NCBI GenBank assembly: GCA_034189385.1
Contig: JAXHVD010000001.1
Location: 128,001 to 192,000, forward strand
Direction of reading: 5' to 3'
Source: Thermodesulfobacteriota bacterium
GTDB taxonomy: Bacteria; Desulfobacterota; Desulfobacteria; Desulfobacterales; C00003060
Length of the DNA stretch: 64,000 bases
Shown piece by piece: positions 27,729 to 38,577 of the stretch. Within the stretch, counting starts at the first letter, position 1, and each line of letters begins with the position of its first letter. The notes beneath the pieces were generated by a model. That model worked only from the letters and a program-made list of their open reading frames with translations. It made no database searches and was not told the DNA's origin. Made by a program: the position numbers and the translations under genes.

Positions 27729-28589
27729 CTAACCCCTGCTATCTCTCCCACCTTGGGTGCGGCAGCGTACCACATCGCCAACCATGATTTGGTGGAGGCG
27801 CCCCATGTTGTCTCGGACCAAGAGCCCCCCATGGGCGTCAATATCCTCGGCTACCCCCAGAAGTCTCGACCCTGGCATATATACCTCTACCAAACTGCCA
27901 AGGATACTTTCATAGTTGCGCCAGGTTTCCAGGATCCTTTCAAAGGATCCTTGGCAGAGAAGTTCGTACCACGCTTCCAACTGACGCAGAAATCTCTGGA
28001 GAAGCGTTACACGGGGTATGGATCGGCCGGCACGGAGTCGGAGTGATGTGGCAACATCTCTGATAGAGACGGGGAAATCTTCCCCCCTGGTGTTGACGTT
28101 TACGCCCACACCGACGATGACAGAAGCAATACGGTTTTCCTGAAAACTTACCTCTGTCAGGATGCCTGCCACTTTTCGATGGCCAATCATCATGTCATTG
28201 GGCCACTTAAGTGAAGGCCTTACCCCCAGTTCCTCAATGGCCACAGCTAGGGCTACGCCTGTCGCTAGCGTTGTTCTTGATCCCCAGTCTGGGGGGACTT
28301 GGGGCCTCAAGATCACGGAAACATAGAGCCCCTTGCCACGGGGGGACACCCAGGGTCGCCCTAACCGCCCTCGAGCTTGGCTCTGAGCATCAGCCAGCAC
28401 AATAGTGCCCTCCGGGACACCACGGAGAGCCAAACGTTTCGCTTCGCGGTTGGTCGATGGTAGGAGATCAAAACAATAGATCCCCTCTTTGCCAAGCCAT
28501 TGTGTATGGAGGCCTTGCCTGACAGCTCTTGGTGAAAGGCTGTCGTCCGTTGAGATACCCAAACCTGCATCAGTGAGCTGCGTTACCAT
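27729..28589 (-). CDS. birA: Biotin-protein ligase (no clear N-terminal HTH)
   Basis: STN, RGRLGRPW, KWPND, KVAGIL, GVGVN. Confidence 0.9.
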   Translation of the reverse strand: MVTQLTDAGLGISTDDSLSPRAVRQGLHTQWLGKEGIYCFDLLPSTNREAKRLALRGVPEGTIVLADAQSQARGRLGRPWVSPRGKGLYVSVILRPQVPPDWGSRTTLATGVALAVAIEELGVRPSLKWPNDMMIGHRKVAGILTEVSFQENRIASVIVGVGVNVNTRGEDFPVSIRDVATSLRLRAGRSIPRVTLLQRFLRQLEAWYELLCQGSFERILETWRNYESILGSLVEVYMPGSRLLGVAEDIDAHGGLLVRDNMGRLHQIMVGDVVRCRTQGGRDSRG

Positions 28590-28726
28590 CTGAGAAGGTC
28601 CCTTTCAGGCCCCAGGACCTTGCCTTTGTCCAGTTGGATCACTGTGATCAATATTTTTCCAGACTCGTTGGAAACTGGAGGAATTTTGGTGAAAGGCCGC
28701 CGCTTCGTGTACTTCCTGTTATTCCC

Positions 28727-28755
28727 TTGACATTGTCAAGAGCTCAATTATAGTT
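28727..28755 (+). promoter_or_regulatory. Divergent promoter region with palindrome CTTGACA-T-TGTCAAG
   Basis: Back-to-back TTGACA on both strands between birA and dnaJ; TATAGT 16 nt downstream on +. Confidence 0.45.
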
Positions 28756-28817
28756 ATTATATACGAAAGTTCAATGTTTGTTTCTCATTATTTCTCCGCG
28801 TAAAGAGGTTCACCTAA

Positions 28818-29747
28818 ATGTCTGAGACAGATTATTATAAGCTCTTAGGCGTAAACAAGAAGGCCAGCGAGAGTGAGATCAAGAAGGCCTATCGCAAGTT
28901 GGCCATGAAATACCACCCAGATCGGACCAAAGGCGACAAGTCGGCTGAGGAGATGTTCAAGAAGATTAGCGAGGCCTACGCGGTGCTTAGCGACAAAGAG
29001 AAACGGAAACAGTACGACACCTTTGGTGCCTCTGGTTTTCGTCAGAAATACACCCAGGAAGACATCTTTAGAGGGTTTAATTTTGGGGATATCTTCAAGG
29101 AGTTTGGATTTGGGGAGAGCAACTTCTCAAATATCTTCATGGGTGGTGGCCGTGGTCGTAGGTTCAGTTACGGTTTCAGCGGCGATCCATTCAATGCCTA
29201 TACTTCGGCGCAGAAGGCCCAGGTGAAGGGATCGGATTTGGTCTACGAATTACGTTTGACCTTACAGGAGGTCCTTAACGGTACCAGCAAGACGATCGCC
29301 ATAGAGGAAGGCGGAGAACACAAGAAGATCAGCGTCAATATTCCCAAGGGCATGCTAAGCGGAAAGAAACTCCGTTTAGCGGGTAAAGGTCAGCCCGGTG
29401 CCTTTGGGGGACCGCCGGGCGATCTGTATATCCAAGCCAAGGTGTTGCGTGACCCGATTTTTGGCCAAGTGGGCCAAGACCTTTATGTCGATCGGGAGAT
29501 AAGGTTGACCGATGCCTTGCTGGGGACACGAGTTGAGATTCCAACCCTTGAAGGGAAGAAACTTAATCTTAAGGTACCTGCAAAAACACAACACAACACA
29601 AAGATGCGCCTCAAGGGGTTCGGCCTTCCCAAGATGAAAAATGGCCAAAGGGGTGATCTTTACGCGCGCATTTTGGTCAAGTTTCCTAAACGCTTGAGCA
29701 AGAAACAGAAGGCCTTGATTCAGGACCTGGCAGAGACCGGGCTTTGA
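28818..29747 (+). CDS. DnaJ-class co-chaperone without zinc finger (CbpA-like)
   Basis: [13 protein letters not shown]-rich region, GDLY twice; no CxxCxGxG repeats. Confidence 0.9.
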   Translation: MSETDYYKLLGVNKKASESEIKKAYRKLAMKYHPDRTKGDKSAEEMFKKISEAYAVLSDKEKRKQYDTFGASGFRQKYTQEDIFRGFNFGDIFKEFGFGESNFSNIFMGGGRGRRFSYGFSGDPFNAYTSAQKAQVKGSDLVYELRLTLQEVLNGTSKTIAIEEGGEHKKISVNIPKGMLSGKKLRLAGKGQPGAFGGPPGDLYIQAKVLRDPIFGQVGQDLYVDREIRLTDALLGTRVEIPTLEGKKLNLKVPAKTQHNTKMRLKGFGLPKMKNGQRGDLYARILVKFPKRLSKKQKALIQDLAETGL

Positions 29748-29935
29748 GATTAGAACCCCTTTTTTTGACAAAGGTCTGGCCCGGCTCACTGCGTGAGCCA
29801 TGTTGGGACTTGGGCTTCACCTGTTCCCATGACATGAGCCCTCTGCTGTGGCGGGATTCAATTTCCTCGGCAAAACGGGTGGTCTTTTCCCTTTTTGATA
29901 AAGGTCTCAAGGCGGAACTGGTAAGAGGTCGACCT

Positions 29936-30457
29936 ATGCCTTTGCAAATGGTGCCCGTTCTCTCAAAAGCTGACATTGCGAAGAAGGTCAGCACCCTCGC
30001 ACAGCGAATCTCAAAAGACTATGCCGAAAAGGAGGTTGTTGTCGTCGGCATACTCAAAGGCAGCTTCATCTTCTTGGCTGATCTGGTTCGTAAGCTTACC
30101 ATCCCCGTGCAGATCGATTTTGTCCGCCTGGCAAGTTACGGTTCTGGCACGGCATCTTCCGGGAAGGTCCAACTTACCAAAGAGATTGAACTTGATTTGA
30201 GGAACCGGCACGTTTTGGTCGTGGAAGATATTGTGGATTCTGGCATGACTATTGCCTACTTGCTGGATTATCTCAGGCAGTTCCGCCCGGAGTCCGTCAA
30301 GGTCTGCGCTTTGATTGACAAGACCGAACGTCGCGAGGTGGAGATTGCGATCGATTACGTGGGACATGTGGTCGACCACGGATTCCTGGTGGGATATGGG
30401 CTTGATTTTGATGACAAATATCGTGCCCTGCCAGAGATCTTCCATTTGAGACAGTAA
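29936..30457 (+). CDS. hpt: Hypoxanthine phosphoribosyltransferase
   Basis: GILKGSFIFLADL, VVEDIVDSG, FLVGYGLD. Confidence 0.95.
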   Translation: MPLQMVPVLSKADIAKKVSTLAQRISKDYAEKEVVVVGILKGSFIFLADLVRKLTIPVQIDFVRLASYGSGTASSGKVQLTKEIELDLRNRHVLVVEDIVDSGMTIAYLLDYLRQFRPESVKVCALIDKTERREVEIAIDYVGHVVDHGFLVGYGLDFDDKYRALPEIFHLRQ

Positions 30458-30473
30458 ACGAAAGGAGCCTACC

Positions 30474-31841
30474 ATGATCATAACCTGTGAGAACTGTGAG
30501 GCCAAGTTTGACCTGGATGAGAATCTCATCAAGGAATCAGGTTCGAAAGTGAGATGTTCCAAATGCCAGCACATATTCACTGCCTATAAGCCTTCCACAA
30601 CAGCGGAAATCCCGCCTAGTCGTGGCCTTGACGAGACAACTCCGGAGCCTTCCGAGAAAGAGGTCGAGGACTCGCTTGACCTTGATCTGTTTGAAGATGA
30701 AGAGGAGGCCGACGAAGAGGCATTCTCCCTGGACGATCTTACGCTTGACGAGGACTTTTCGCCTGAAGAATTGGACGAAACCGCGGGGCAAATGGATGCT
30801 GGCGAAGAGATCCCGGCCGAAGAGAAAATAACGCTAGGCGACCTTGGCTTTGAGGACGAACTTGGTATGGAAGAGACTTCTGAACCAACAGGGGAGGCTC
30901 GAGAAGAACAGGATGAAGAAGAGATTCCATTTCAAGGCGCGTTGCCATTGGGCGAAGAGGGTGATGAAGAAGAAGGAGTCGGAGACGAAGAGGAAATTGC
31001 TTTTGAAGACCTGATGGTCGAGCAAGAAGAACCTTCTGAAGGGCAAGCCGAGCGAGAAAAATGGGCCCCAGGTGCGGAAGGTGAAGAGGAGATTGCCTTT
31101 GAAGACCTGGGCATCGAGGAAGATGAAGCCGAAGAAGCGTTTCCAGAAGTGGAACTTCCTAATGAGGAAACAGCTGAAGTCCTGGGAAGCGCTGCCGTTG
31201 AATTACCTGAAGCAGTTTCCGAGGAAGATCTGGAAGGGGCCGAAGTGGAAGCTCAGGTACCGCCCATTTCCCCTGTGGAGGAGCCCCGGGCGGGAAAACG
31301 TATAAGTACCCCGGTACTTATTGCCCTGATAGTCGTTCTGGTGGGAGGGGCTGCTTATGCCGGATACACTGTTTTGAAGAGCCTCAATATCAAGGTCCCA
31401 TTTCTGGAATCTCTCATAGGTTCACAGGAGTCTCAGATCGTTGATCCTGGCAACTTGCACATAGGCCTGCTGGAAAATCTCATCACGGGCGAATTCGTTG
31501 ATAACAGCTCGATCGGCCGCCTTTTTGTGATCAAGGGTCAGGTTAGAAACGACTATCCTGGGACCCGCAACTTCATCAGGGTAAAGGGGATCCTCTACTC
31601 GAAGGAAGGGAAAGTGGTTAAGAATACCATGGTATATTGCGCCAACATCTTATCTGAAGTCCAGTTGCAGACCATGGACAGACTGTCTATCAAGAAGAGA
31701 CTGAACAACCGGTTCGGAGACAATAAGTCGAATTTAAAGGTGGCTTCAGGCAAAGCGCTTCCCTTCATGGTCGTATTCTTCGACATACCGCACGCGTTGG
31801 GTGAGTTCAGCGTGGAGGTAGTGGATTCAGCCAAGGGCTAG
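30474..31841 (+). CDS. MJ0042-type zinc-ribbon membrane protein with acidic linker and DUF3426-like periplasmic domain
   Basis: MIITCENC...KVRCSKC..F, long acidic linker, one TM helix, LFVIKGQVRN. Confidence 0.8.
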   Translation: MIITCENCEAKFDLDENLIKESGSKVRCSKCQHIFTAYKPSTTAEIPPSRGLDETTPEPSEKEVEDSLDLDLFEDEEEADEEAFSLDDLTLDEDFSPEELDETAGQMDAGEEIPAEEKITLGDLGFEDELGMEETSEPTGEAREEQDEEEIPFQGALPLGEEGDEEEGVGDEEEIAFEDLMVEQEEPSEGQAEREKWAPGAEGEEEIAFEDLGIEEDEAEEAFPEVELPNEETAEVLGSAAVELPEAVSEEDLEGAEVEAQVPPISPVEEPRAGKRISTPVLIALIVVLVGGAAYAGYTVLKSLNIKVPFLESLIGSQESQIVDPGNLHIGLLENLITGEFVDNSSIGRLFVIKGQVRNDYPGTRNFIRVKGILYSKEGKVVKNTMVYCANILSEVQLQTMDRLSIKKRLNNRFGDNKSNLKVASGKALPFMVVFFDIPHALGEFSVEVVDSAKG

Positions 31842-31997
31842 ATGGCTGAGGCGCCTGAGCCTCATTGGAGGCCCGATGTTGCTCATTCCCGAAAACGATA
31901 CCAGATAAGGGCCTCGGGGCGCGTGCCTCTTTTTGTGGGTCCCCTGATTGCCCCCTGGGCAGTGCTGCTCGCCAGATCCTTTTCTGCAAGCCTTGGT

Positions 31998-32120
31998 TGA
32001 CAAACTTGTAAAAAGTCTCTTTGCTCACTCCGTGACCATTTGCGCCTGCTGGCTTTTTCCCTCCGCCACGGCGGACTTAACGTCCTTGGCAAGAGACTTT
32101 TTTCGAAACCGTTTTTGTCA
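31998..32120. mobile_element. MITE-like palindromic element
   Basis: Inverted ends TGACAAA..AAAAAGTCTCTT / AAGAGACTTTTT..TTTGTCA; internal mini-hairpin CCGCCACGGCGG. Confidence 0.55.
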
Positions 32121-32190
32121 TCCATCGCAGCAAGACATGATGGAGTCCTTAGAAAAAGGCGTAGTATCAAGGAGATGAGGGAGGTTTATT

Positions 32191-33216
32191 TTGGACCGTA
32201 CACCCCACCTTGCCATTTGCATCCTACTCTTTGTGCTCATGATACTCGGTGGCACTGTGGGTTATATCGTCATCGAAGGCTGGCCATTCATGGACGCCCT
32301 TTATATGACGGTGATTACTCTGAGCACTGTGGGTTTCGCCGAGGTTCAGGTGGTTTCTCCCGTGGGACGTATCTTTACCATGGCACTCATCATCTTGGGC
32401 GTGAGTTTTGTTTTCTACGTCCTTGGCAGTGTGATCCAGTTTATGATGGAAGGTCACATAAGAAGAATTCTCGGGAGGCGCAAATTGCAGAAAGAGATTC
32501 GTGGGCAGAAGGATCATTACATCATCTGTGGGTATGGCCGCGTGGGGACGAGTATCTGCGATGTCCTTGCTGCAAAACCGTTGGGAATCGTTGTCGTTGA
32601 ACGGGCACCTGACAGGATAGCCAGGCTGGAGGAACGGAACCTCCTGCATGTTGCTGGAGAGGCCACTGATGAGGAGAACCTCATCAAGGCAGGAGTGGGA
32701 AAGGCGCGGGGACTTGTGGCGGCGTTGAAAACAGACAGCGACAACGTATACGTGACTCTCACTGCCCGACAGCTAAATCCCGGACTTTTTATCATAGCCC
32801 GGGGAGGGGAAAGAAAATCGGAGAATAAGCTACTTGCCGCCGGTGCCAGCAAGGTCGTTTCTCCATACAGTATGGGCGCCCATAGGATAGCACAGATGAT
32901 TCTCCGTCCAACGGTCACTGATTTTCTGGAATTGACCCTCATGGACAGAGACCGCAACATCCGCATGGAAGAGATGCCTGTCCATCCTTCGTCGGATCTA
33001 GTGGCCTTGGCACTGCAAGATTCTGGTATCCGGAAAGATTACGACCTCATTATCGTGGCCATCAGAAAACCAGGAGGCGAGATGTTGTACAACCCCTCTT
33101 CCCATACCAAGCTGCACGGGGGCGACACTGTGGTGGCGATTGGCGAGAAGAAGAACCTAGAGCGTGTTGAAAAGATATTGAACCCCTTGCCCAGTGCCCA
33201 TCCCCGAAGGCATTAG
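32191..33216 (+). CDS. Potassium channel protein with RCK (TrkA-N/TrkA-C) domains
   Basis: ALYMTVITLSTVGFAEV pore region, HYIICGYGRVG, LLAAGA. Confidence 0.9.
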   Translation: MDRTPHLAICILLFVLMILGGTVGYIVIEGWPFMDALYMTVITLSTVGFAEVQVVSPVGRIFTMALIILGVSFVFYVLGSVIQFMMEGHIRRILGRRKLQKEIRGQKDHYIICGYGRVGTSICDVLAAKPLGIVVVERAPDRIARLEERNLLHVAGEATDEENLIKAGVGKARGLVAALKTDSDNVYVTLTARQLNPGLFIIARGGERKSENKLLAAGASKVVSPYSMGAHRIAQMILRPTVTDFLELTLMDRDRNIRMEEMPVHPSSDLVALALQDSGIRKDYDLIIVAIRKPGGEMLYNPSSHTKLHGGDTVVAIGEKKNLERVEKILNPLPSAHPRRH

Positions 33217-33262
33217 AAGGAAGTGGCAAGGAAGGGGTTTCTGCTTCTTGCCGATGGAAAGA

Positions 33263-33850
33263 CTAAATCTTGTAAATGACCCGCTTCTCAGTGATGATAA
33301 TGTCTATGTATCGGTCGTGAGGCTCCATGGGAATTTGGGGCACGATCTGACATTCAAAGGCCAGGGCCACTTTTCGGGTCGTCACGTCCAGGTCTGGAAT
33401 GAATCTGTCGTAGAATCCTGTTCCATGGCCAATGCGGCCCCCACGTTCATCAAAGGCGATGCCCGGGATAATAGCCAGTTCAATATTTCCAATGGGAATC
33501 TCCTTACATTGTTGGGCAATGGGTTCCCGTATTTTCCTGTAGCCTACCCTCACATCGCGATCAAGATCGTCAATCTTTAACGGTACGATCCTTTCTTCCC
33601 TTTCGTCTACCCAGGGAAGGGCAACAACCTTTTCAAACTCCAAGGTTTTACGGATCATGCCTTCGGTGGCCACCTCGCTGCCAGTGTCCATATAGAACAG
33701 CACTGTCCTTGCTTCTCTAAAATTGGCAAAGTCAAAGAGGAACTCCATTATCGCCTTGCTCTTCTTGGCGCGGGCTACCTCTGACAGCTTTTGGCGGTTG
33801 GCCCTGGTTTTCCGTCTGATTTCAGATTTTTTTTCCTTCAAGTCCTGCAT
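33263..33850 (-). CDS. 5-formyltetrahydrofolate cyclo-ligase
   Basis: KSEIR, IREP, IPGIAFD..G.RIGHGTGFYDR, EPHD. Confidence 0.93.
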   Translation of the reverse strand: MQDLKEKKSEIRRKTRANRQKLSEVARAKKSKAIMEFLFDFANFREARTVLFYMDTGSEVATEGMIRKTLEFEKVVALPWVDEREERIVPLKIDDLDRDVRVGYRKIREPIAQQCKEIPIGNIELAIIPGIAFDERGGRIGHGTGFYDRFIPDLDVTTRKVALAFECQIVPQIPMEPHDRYIDIIITEKRVIYKI

Positions 33851-34199
33851 GGTACATTGCCAAATCTGTCTGATTCCTTATATTGTTTAGGCTGCCGGCC
33901 TTATAGCAAAAATTGTGAATAAAGTCAAGTAATAATAATCATTGACTAAATGATATCATCATGGTAGGCGGAAGTGTAACAACTTTCCAGTTTGTGTGAG
34001 CCCAGAAACCACGTGATGATCCCCTTCGAGTCATAAACGTGACACGTTCTCTGCGTTCAAAGGCGATGCCTTGCACAGGGCACAGACTTAAACAATGGGA
34101 CTTGACGTTCTTCTTTTGTCTCACGGCCCTCGGCCGCAGCAGGTCTTCCCGTTGCGCGGGTAGCCCTTTATTCAGTCTGGACGTCCAAATGGAGTCGAC

Positions 34200-35474
34200 A
34201 TGCTAGAGACGAGATTTGTTCGACAGAATTCGGAACTGGTGCAAGAATCATTGCGCAAGAGGGGGTACGATTATGATCTTGGAAAGTTTCTGGAATGTGA
34301 TTCAAAACGCAGGGCCATCCTCCTTGAGGTTGAAGAGCTGAAGCACCAGCGTAACGCAGTCTCCGAGCGTATTGCACGGATGAAAAGGGAGAGCCAGGAT
34401 GCCTCGGACCTCATCGGCGAGATGAAGACCGTGTCCGGGAACATAAAGGCCCTAGACGAAGCGCTTTCGAAACACGAAGAAACCTTGGAGTCGATATTGA
34501 TCGGCCTTCCAAACCTGCCCCATCCGTCTGTGCCCTTAGGTGAATGCACTGAAGACAACGTGGTCCTAAGGAAGGTGGGCGTCCCGCCTTCCTTTGATTT
34601 TGAGCCATTGGCCCACTGGGACATTGGGACGAGGCTTGGGATTCTTGACTTTGAACGGGCGGCCAAGATTGCCGGAGCCCGTTTTGCCTTGTATATGGGC
34701 CAGGGGGCAAGGCTTGAGCGTGCCCTGATCAACTTCATGTTAGATATTCAGACCAAGGAGCATGGTTACTTGGAGGTACTTCCACCCTTCATGACAAACC
34801 GCACGAGTGCTACCGCTACAGGGCAGTTGCCTAAATTTAAGGAAGATCTTTTCAAACTAGAGGGATGGGATTATTATCTGGTACCCACTGCAGAGGTGCC
34901 GGTTACCAACATCCACCGAGATGAGATCCTGCAGGAGGAAGACCTGCCCAGGCTTTACGTGGCCCACACCCCGTGCTTCCGGTCTGAAGCAGGCTCCTAT
35001 GGCAAAGATACGAGGGGTCTTATCCGACAGCACCAGTTCAACAAGGTGGAGCTTGTGAAGTTTGCCACCCCAGAGAGCTCTTATCAAGAACTGGAAAGTC
35101 TGCTGAGTGATGCAGAGGAGATCCTCAAGCGCCTTGGGCTGTCTTATCAGGTTGTGGTCCTGTGCACGGGAGATCTAGGGTTTTCTGCGGCTAAGACATA
35201 TGATATTGAAGTGTGGATGCCCGGCCAGGCGAAGTATCGTGAGATATCGTCGTGCAGCAACTTTGAAGATTTTCAGGCCAGGCGCGGAAACATCCGTTTT
35301 AAGAGGAAAGGAAAAAAGAGGACGGAGCTGGTCCATACCCTGAATGGATCTGGCTTGGCAGTGGGTCGGACGGTGGTGGCCATCGTGGAGAACTTCCAAC
35401 AAGCCGATGGCTCCGTTGTCATCCCTGAAGCCCTGAGACCATACATGGATGGGGCGGAGAGGATTCATGCCTAG
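34200..35474 (+). CDS. serS: Serine-tRNA ligase
   Basis: [49 protein letters not shown]. Confidence 0.98.
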   Translation: MLETRFVRQNSELVQESLRKRGYDYDLGKFLECDSKRRAILLEVEELKHQRNAVSERIARMKRESQDASDLIGEMKTVSGNIKALDEALSKHEETLESILIGLPNLPHPSVPLGECTEDNVVLRKVGVPPSFDFEPLAHWDIGTRLGILDFERAAKIAGARFALYMGQGARLERALINFMLDIQTKEHGYLEVLPPFMTNRTSATATGQLPKFKEDLFKLEGWDYYLVPTAEVPVTNIHRDEILQEEDLPRLYVAHTPCFRSEAGSYGKDTRGLIRQHQFNKVELVKFATPESSYQELESLLSDAEEILKRLGLSYQVVVLCTGDLGFSAAKTYDIEVWMPGQAKYREISSCSNFEDFQARRGNIRFKRKGKKRTELVHTLNGSGLAVGRTVVAIVENFQQADGSVVIPEALRPYMDGAERIHA

Positions 35475-35492
35475 AGCGAAGGGATTTTCCTT

Positions 35493-37001
35493 GTGAAACC
35501 TGAGACGTTTCCGGAGCACATCCGGCCACACCTCATCCCAAAGGTTGGTGGCCGCGTCGTATACCGCTGTTTGGGCTGTGAGAAGGAATACGGCATTGAG
35601 CGGCTCCTTTATACCTGTCCTGCCTGCGGCAGTGTTCTGCTCCTTGTGGACCTTTCCTTTGACAGGCTCAAGAAGATACCAGCGGATCTATGGCACCAGG
35701 TTTTTGACTACCGAAGGATGCTTAACATCCCCGCTCTGCGAGGGATTTACAGGTACCACGAGTTCATTGGCCCTGTCATACCACTAGATGCAGTCATTTG
35801 GCTGGGTGAGGGGCACACCTCCATGGTTGAGGCCAATGCCTACTTACAGGATCTGGTAGGTGCCCGATTCCTCTTCAAAAACGACGGCCAGAACCCCAGC
35901 GCCTCTTTTAAGGATAGGGGAATGGCCAGCGCTTTGAGCTATATCAATCTTCTACTTAAGTCTGGGAAGCTCGAAGACGTGCTGGCCATCTGTGCCTCCA
36001 CGGGGGACACGTCGGCCTCGGCAGCCGTCTACGCGGCCTATCTCCAACCCCAAGTAAAATCAGCCGTCCTGCTTCCGCACAAGAAGGTGACTTCCCAGCA
36101 ATTGGCACAGCCCCTTGGAAGCGGAGCGATGGTGTTCGAGATTCCCGGTGTCTTTGATGACTGCATGAAGGTCGTAGAGGCCCTGTCTGAACAGTACAAC
36201 GTGGCTTTGTTGAACTCGAAAAACGCCTGGCGCATTTGGGGCCAGGAGTCCTATTCTTATGAGATTGCTCAGGACTTTGACTATGATACGAACCAAAAAG
36301 TCGTGGTGCTTCCCATTGGAAACGCGGGCAACATCACGGCTGTGATGACTGGTTTTCTGAAGTTTTTTGAAGTTGGGATCATCAACCGTTTGCCGAAGAT
36401 CATTGGAGTGCAATCGACGCACGCCAATCCCGTATACAGGTACTACTTGGAGCCAGATGCTGACAAGCGTCGATTTAAGCCTGTGAACGTCCGGCCCAGT
36501 GTGGCCCAGGCTGCTATGATTGGAAATCCAGTATCCATGCCCCGCGTGATACAAATGGTGAGGTCTTATAACGAAAAGGCCGGTGGGCAGGCCGTATTCT
36601 TCGCCGAAGTAGAAGAGCAGGCGATTATGGACTGGCAGCTGACGGCCAACCGCAATGGACACATTGCATGCACGCAAGGCGGTGAATCCCTGGCCGGCTT
36701 GGTTGAAGCCATAAGGCGGGGGATTGTGAACAAAGACGATACGGTCGTGTTAGATGCCACTGCCCACGCCTTAAAATTCGCAGATTTTCAACAAATGTAC
36801 TTTGAAAACCGTTTCCCTCAAGAATTTGAGATCACGCCAAAGGATTCCCTGGTGAATGCTCCCCGTCTCGTTCGACCCAAGGGGTTGGACATCCTTCCAA
36901 GCGCAGAAAGTCCTCTAAAGGGAAAAGCCTTTGAGCGATTTGTCGAGCAAACTGCTGAAGGCATTGCAGATGAGCTAAGACTTACTCGAAAGGGCGATTG
37001 A
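35493..37001 (+). CDS. thrC: Threonine synthase with N-terminal zinc ribbon
   Basis: NPSASFKDRG, CASTGDTSAS, PIGNAGN. Confidence 0.92.
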   Translation: MKPETFPEHIRPHLIPKVGGRVVYRCLGCEKEYGIERLLYTCPACGSVLLLVDLSFDRLKKIPADLWHQVFDYRRMLNIPALRGIYRYHEFIGPVIPLDAVIWLGEGHTSMVEANAYLQDLVGARFLFKNDGQNPSASFKDRGMASALSYINLLLKSGKLEDVLAICASTGDTSASAAVYAAYLQPQVKSAVLLPHKKVTSQQLAQPLGSGAMVFEIPGVFDDCMKVVEALSEQYNVALLNSKNAWRIWGQESYSYEIAQDFDYDTNQKVVVLPIGNAGNITAVMTGFLKFFEVGIINRLPKIIGVQSTHANPVYRYYLEPDADKRRFKPVNVRPSVAQAAMIGNPVSMPRVIQMVRSYNEKAGGQAVFFAEVEEQAIMDWQLTANRNGHIACTQGGESLAGLVEAIRRGIVNKDDTVVLDATAHALKFADFQQMYFENRFPQEFEITPKDSLVNAPRLVRPKGLDILPSAESPLKGKAFERFVEQTAEGIADELRLTRKGD

Positions 37002-37106
37002 GCAATCGGCAACGATTGACTGAATCTTGTTCGTTGCTTCTGGTCCCTTCATCAACTGTCCTGAGCAAAAAGCCATGTACCATAACTCTTTCGTGGCACA
37101 GATGCG

Positions 37107-37553
37107 ATGAAACGAGTGACCGCCTTTACAACCATGGAGCTGATGACCGTGGTGGCCATTGTCGGCATTTTGACTGCCGTGGCCATCCCTATCATTGCAG
37201 GTCAGATGCCAAGATATCGTCTGAACGGAGCGACCCGGCAGGTCCTGGGGGACTTCATGTGGTCAAGGATGCAGGCAGTCAGTCAGAAAAATGAGTTCAA
37301 GATATCATTGCTGAGCGATCATGAATACGCCATATTGGATGACGACAATAATGATGGCACCGCCGACACTGGAGAATGGACGAAAACAAGAGACATTCAG
37401 ACGCAGTATCATGATGTGAGGCTTGGCTTGACGGCTGATCCGGTCTTCTTCCCACGGGGAAGTGCGTCTCCAGCCACCATGAACTTGACAAATGGTAGCG
37501 GTTCGAAGAATGTGAAAGTACACATCACAGGACGAGTGAAAGTGGCGGAGTGA
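37107..37553 (+). CDS. FimT/FimU/GspH-like minor pilin
   Basis: AFTTMELMTVVAIVGIL prepilin-like helix; SRMQAV, FFPRG, TGRVKV. Confidence 0.82.
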   Translation: MKRVTAFTTMELMTVVAIVGILTAVAIPIIAGQMPRYRLNGATRQVLGDFMWSRMQAVSQKNEFKISLLSDHEYAILDDDNNDGTADTGEWTKTRDIQTQYHDVRLGLTADPVFFPRGSASPATMNLTNGSGSKNVKVHITGRVKVAE

Positions 37554-37575
37554 TTCATGAGAGAAAGGAGATAGG

Positions 37576-37959
37576 GTGTGCGATCCACACGACAATAGAG
37601 GATTTACCCTGCTAGAGATTCTTGTTGCCCTGATGGTTTTGTCAATTGGTCTGCTGGGAGTGGCGGGCCTTACAACAGGTATCATGCGTGGAAATTTACT
37701 CAGCAGCAGGATGACTACGGCTACGACGCTGGCACAGCAGAAGATGGAGACTATCAGACTGCAAGGTCATTCTGGCACACCGATGACGGACAACACTAGT
37801 ACGGAAGATTACAATTCCATTGCAAATCATCCGTCGTATAAGAGGGTTACCTCTATCGAGGTGGCGAAACCCGCTCCAGGGATGAAGACGGTGACTGTGA
37901 CCGTGCTATGGGATGGTGACGCCCACTCCACTCTTTTGGCAACGGTTTTTGGACATTAG
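37576..37959 (+). CDS. pilV: PilV-like minor pilin
   Basis: RGFTLLEILVALMVLSIGLLG, ATTLAQQKME. Confidence 0.82.
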   Translation: MCDPHDNRGFTLLEILVALMVLSIGLLGVAGLTTGIMRGNLLSSRMTTATTLAQQKMETIRLQGHSGTPMTDNTSTEDYNSIANHPSYKRVTSIEVAKPAPGMKTVTVTVLWDGDAHSTLLATVFGH

Positions 37960-37962
37960 AAC

Positions 37963-38577
37963 ATGTTATGCTCACTTGAAGCAAAATATCAACCACCTGG
38001 TTTTACTCTTATAGAACTACTTGTTGCCATGGCAATAAGCTCTATTGTCCTGAGCGCAATAGTCGCCACATTTGTTGTTCAGCGCAAATCATATATGGCA
38101 CAGGAACAGATGTCAGAGATGACGCAGACTGCGCGAGCGGCAATGGATATGATAGGCCGCGAGGTGAGAATGGCTGGTTATGATCCAACAAGAGTGGGTA
38201 TTGTTGGCATTGCCTACAATGCCTCAAAGCTCCAGATACAGGCGGACTTAAGAGGGGACGGGACAAGTGATGTACCAGACGGTGATACTAACGACCCGAA
38301 TGAAAATATAACCTACAAACACTACGACAGGACCCATCAAATCAAAAGGAAGACCGGCAGAGGATATTTCCAACCCTTTGCTGAGAATATTCAAGATTTC
38401 ACCTTTGCTTACTTGAATAGTGACGGCCACATTACTACCACAACTGCCGATATTCGACAAATACGCATCACCATCACTGCCAGGACGTCGATGCCTGACC
38501 CTAAGTACCCCGGAAACAATGGGTATCGTACCTATACTTTGGTTTCATTGATCACACCGAGCAATCTTGCTTTCTAG
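37963..38577 (+). CDS. pilW: PilW-like minor pilin
   Basis: GFTLIELLVAMAI, Q.ARAAMDMIGREVRMAGY. Confidence 0.85.
   Translation: MLCSLEAKYQPPGFTLIELLVAMAISSIVLSAIVATFVVQRKSYMAQEQMSEMTQTARAAMDMIGREVRMAGYDPTRVGIVGIAYNASKLQIQADLRGDGTSDVPDGDTNDPNENITYKHYDRTHQIKRKTGRGYFQPFAENIQDFTFAYLNSDGHITTTTADIRQIRITITARTSMPDPKYPGNNGYRTYTLVSLITPSNLAF

Noticed and set aside
28727..28750. CIRCE, HAIR or BirA operator upstream of dnaJ/birA
   Set aside because: Sequence and spacing do not fit any of these consensus sites.
33913..33930. Rex-like site TTGTGAATAAAGTCAAGT (and a weak one near 13598)
   Set aside because: Only one good half-site, or about 12/18 matches; the first is explained by a promoter.
33851..34199. 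6S RNA upstream of the 5-formyl-THF cyclo-ligase, or a T-box before serS
   Set aside because: A TTGACT-N17-TATAAG promoter sits right before the cyclo-ligase, leaving no room for 6S. I saw no long 6S-like rod and no GGTGGTACCGCG T-box motif.
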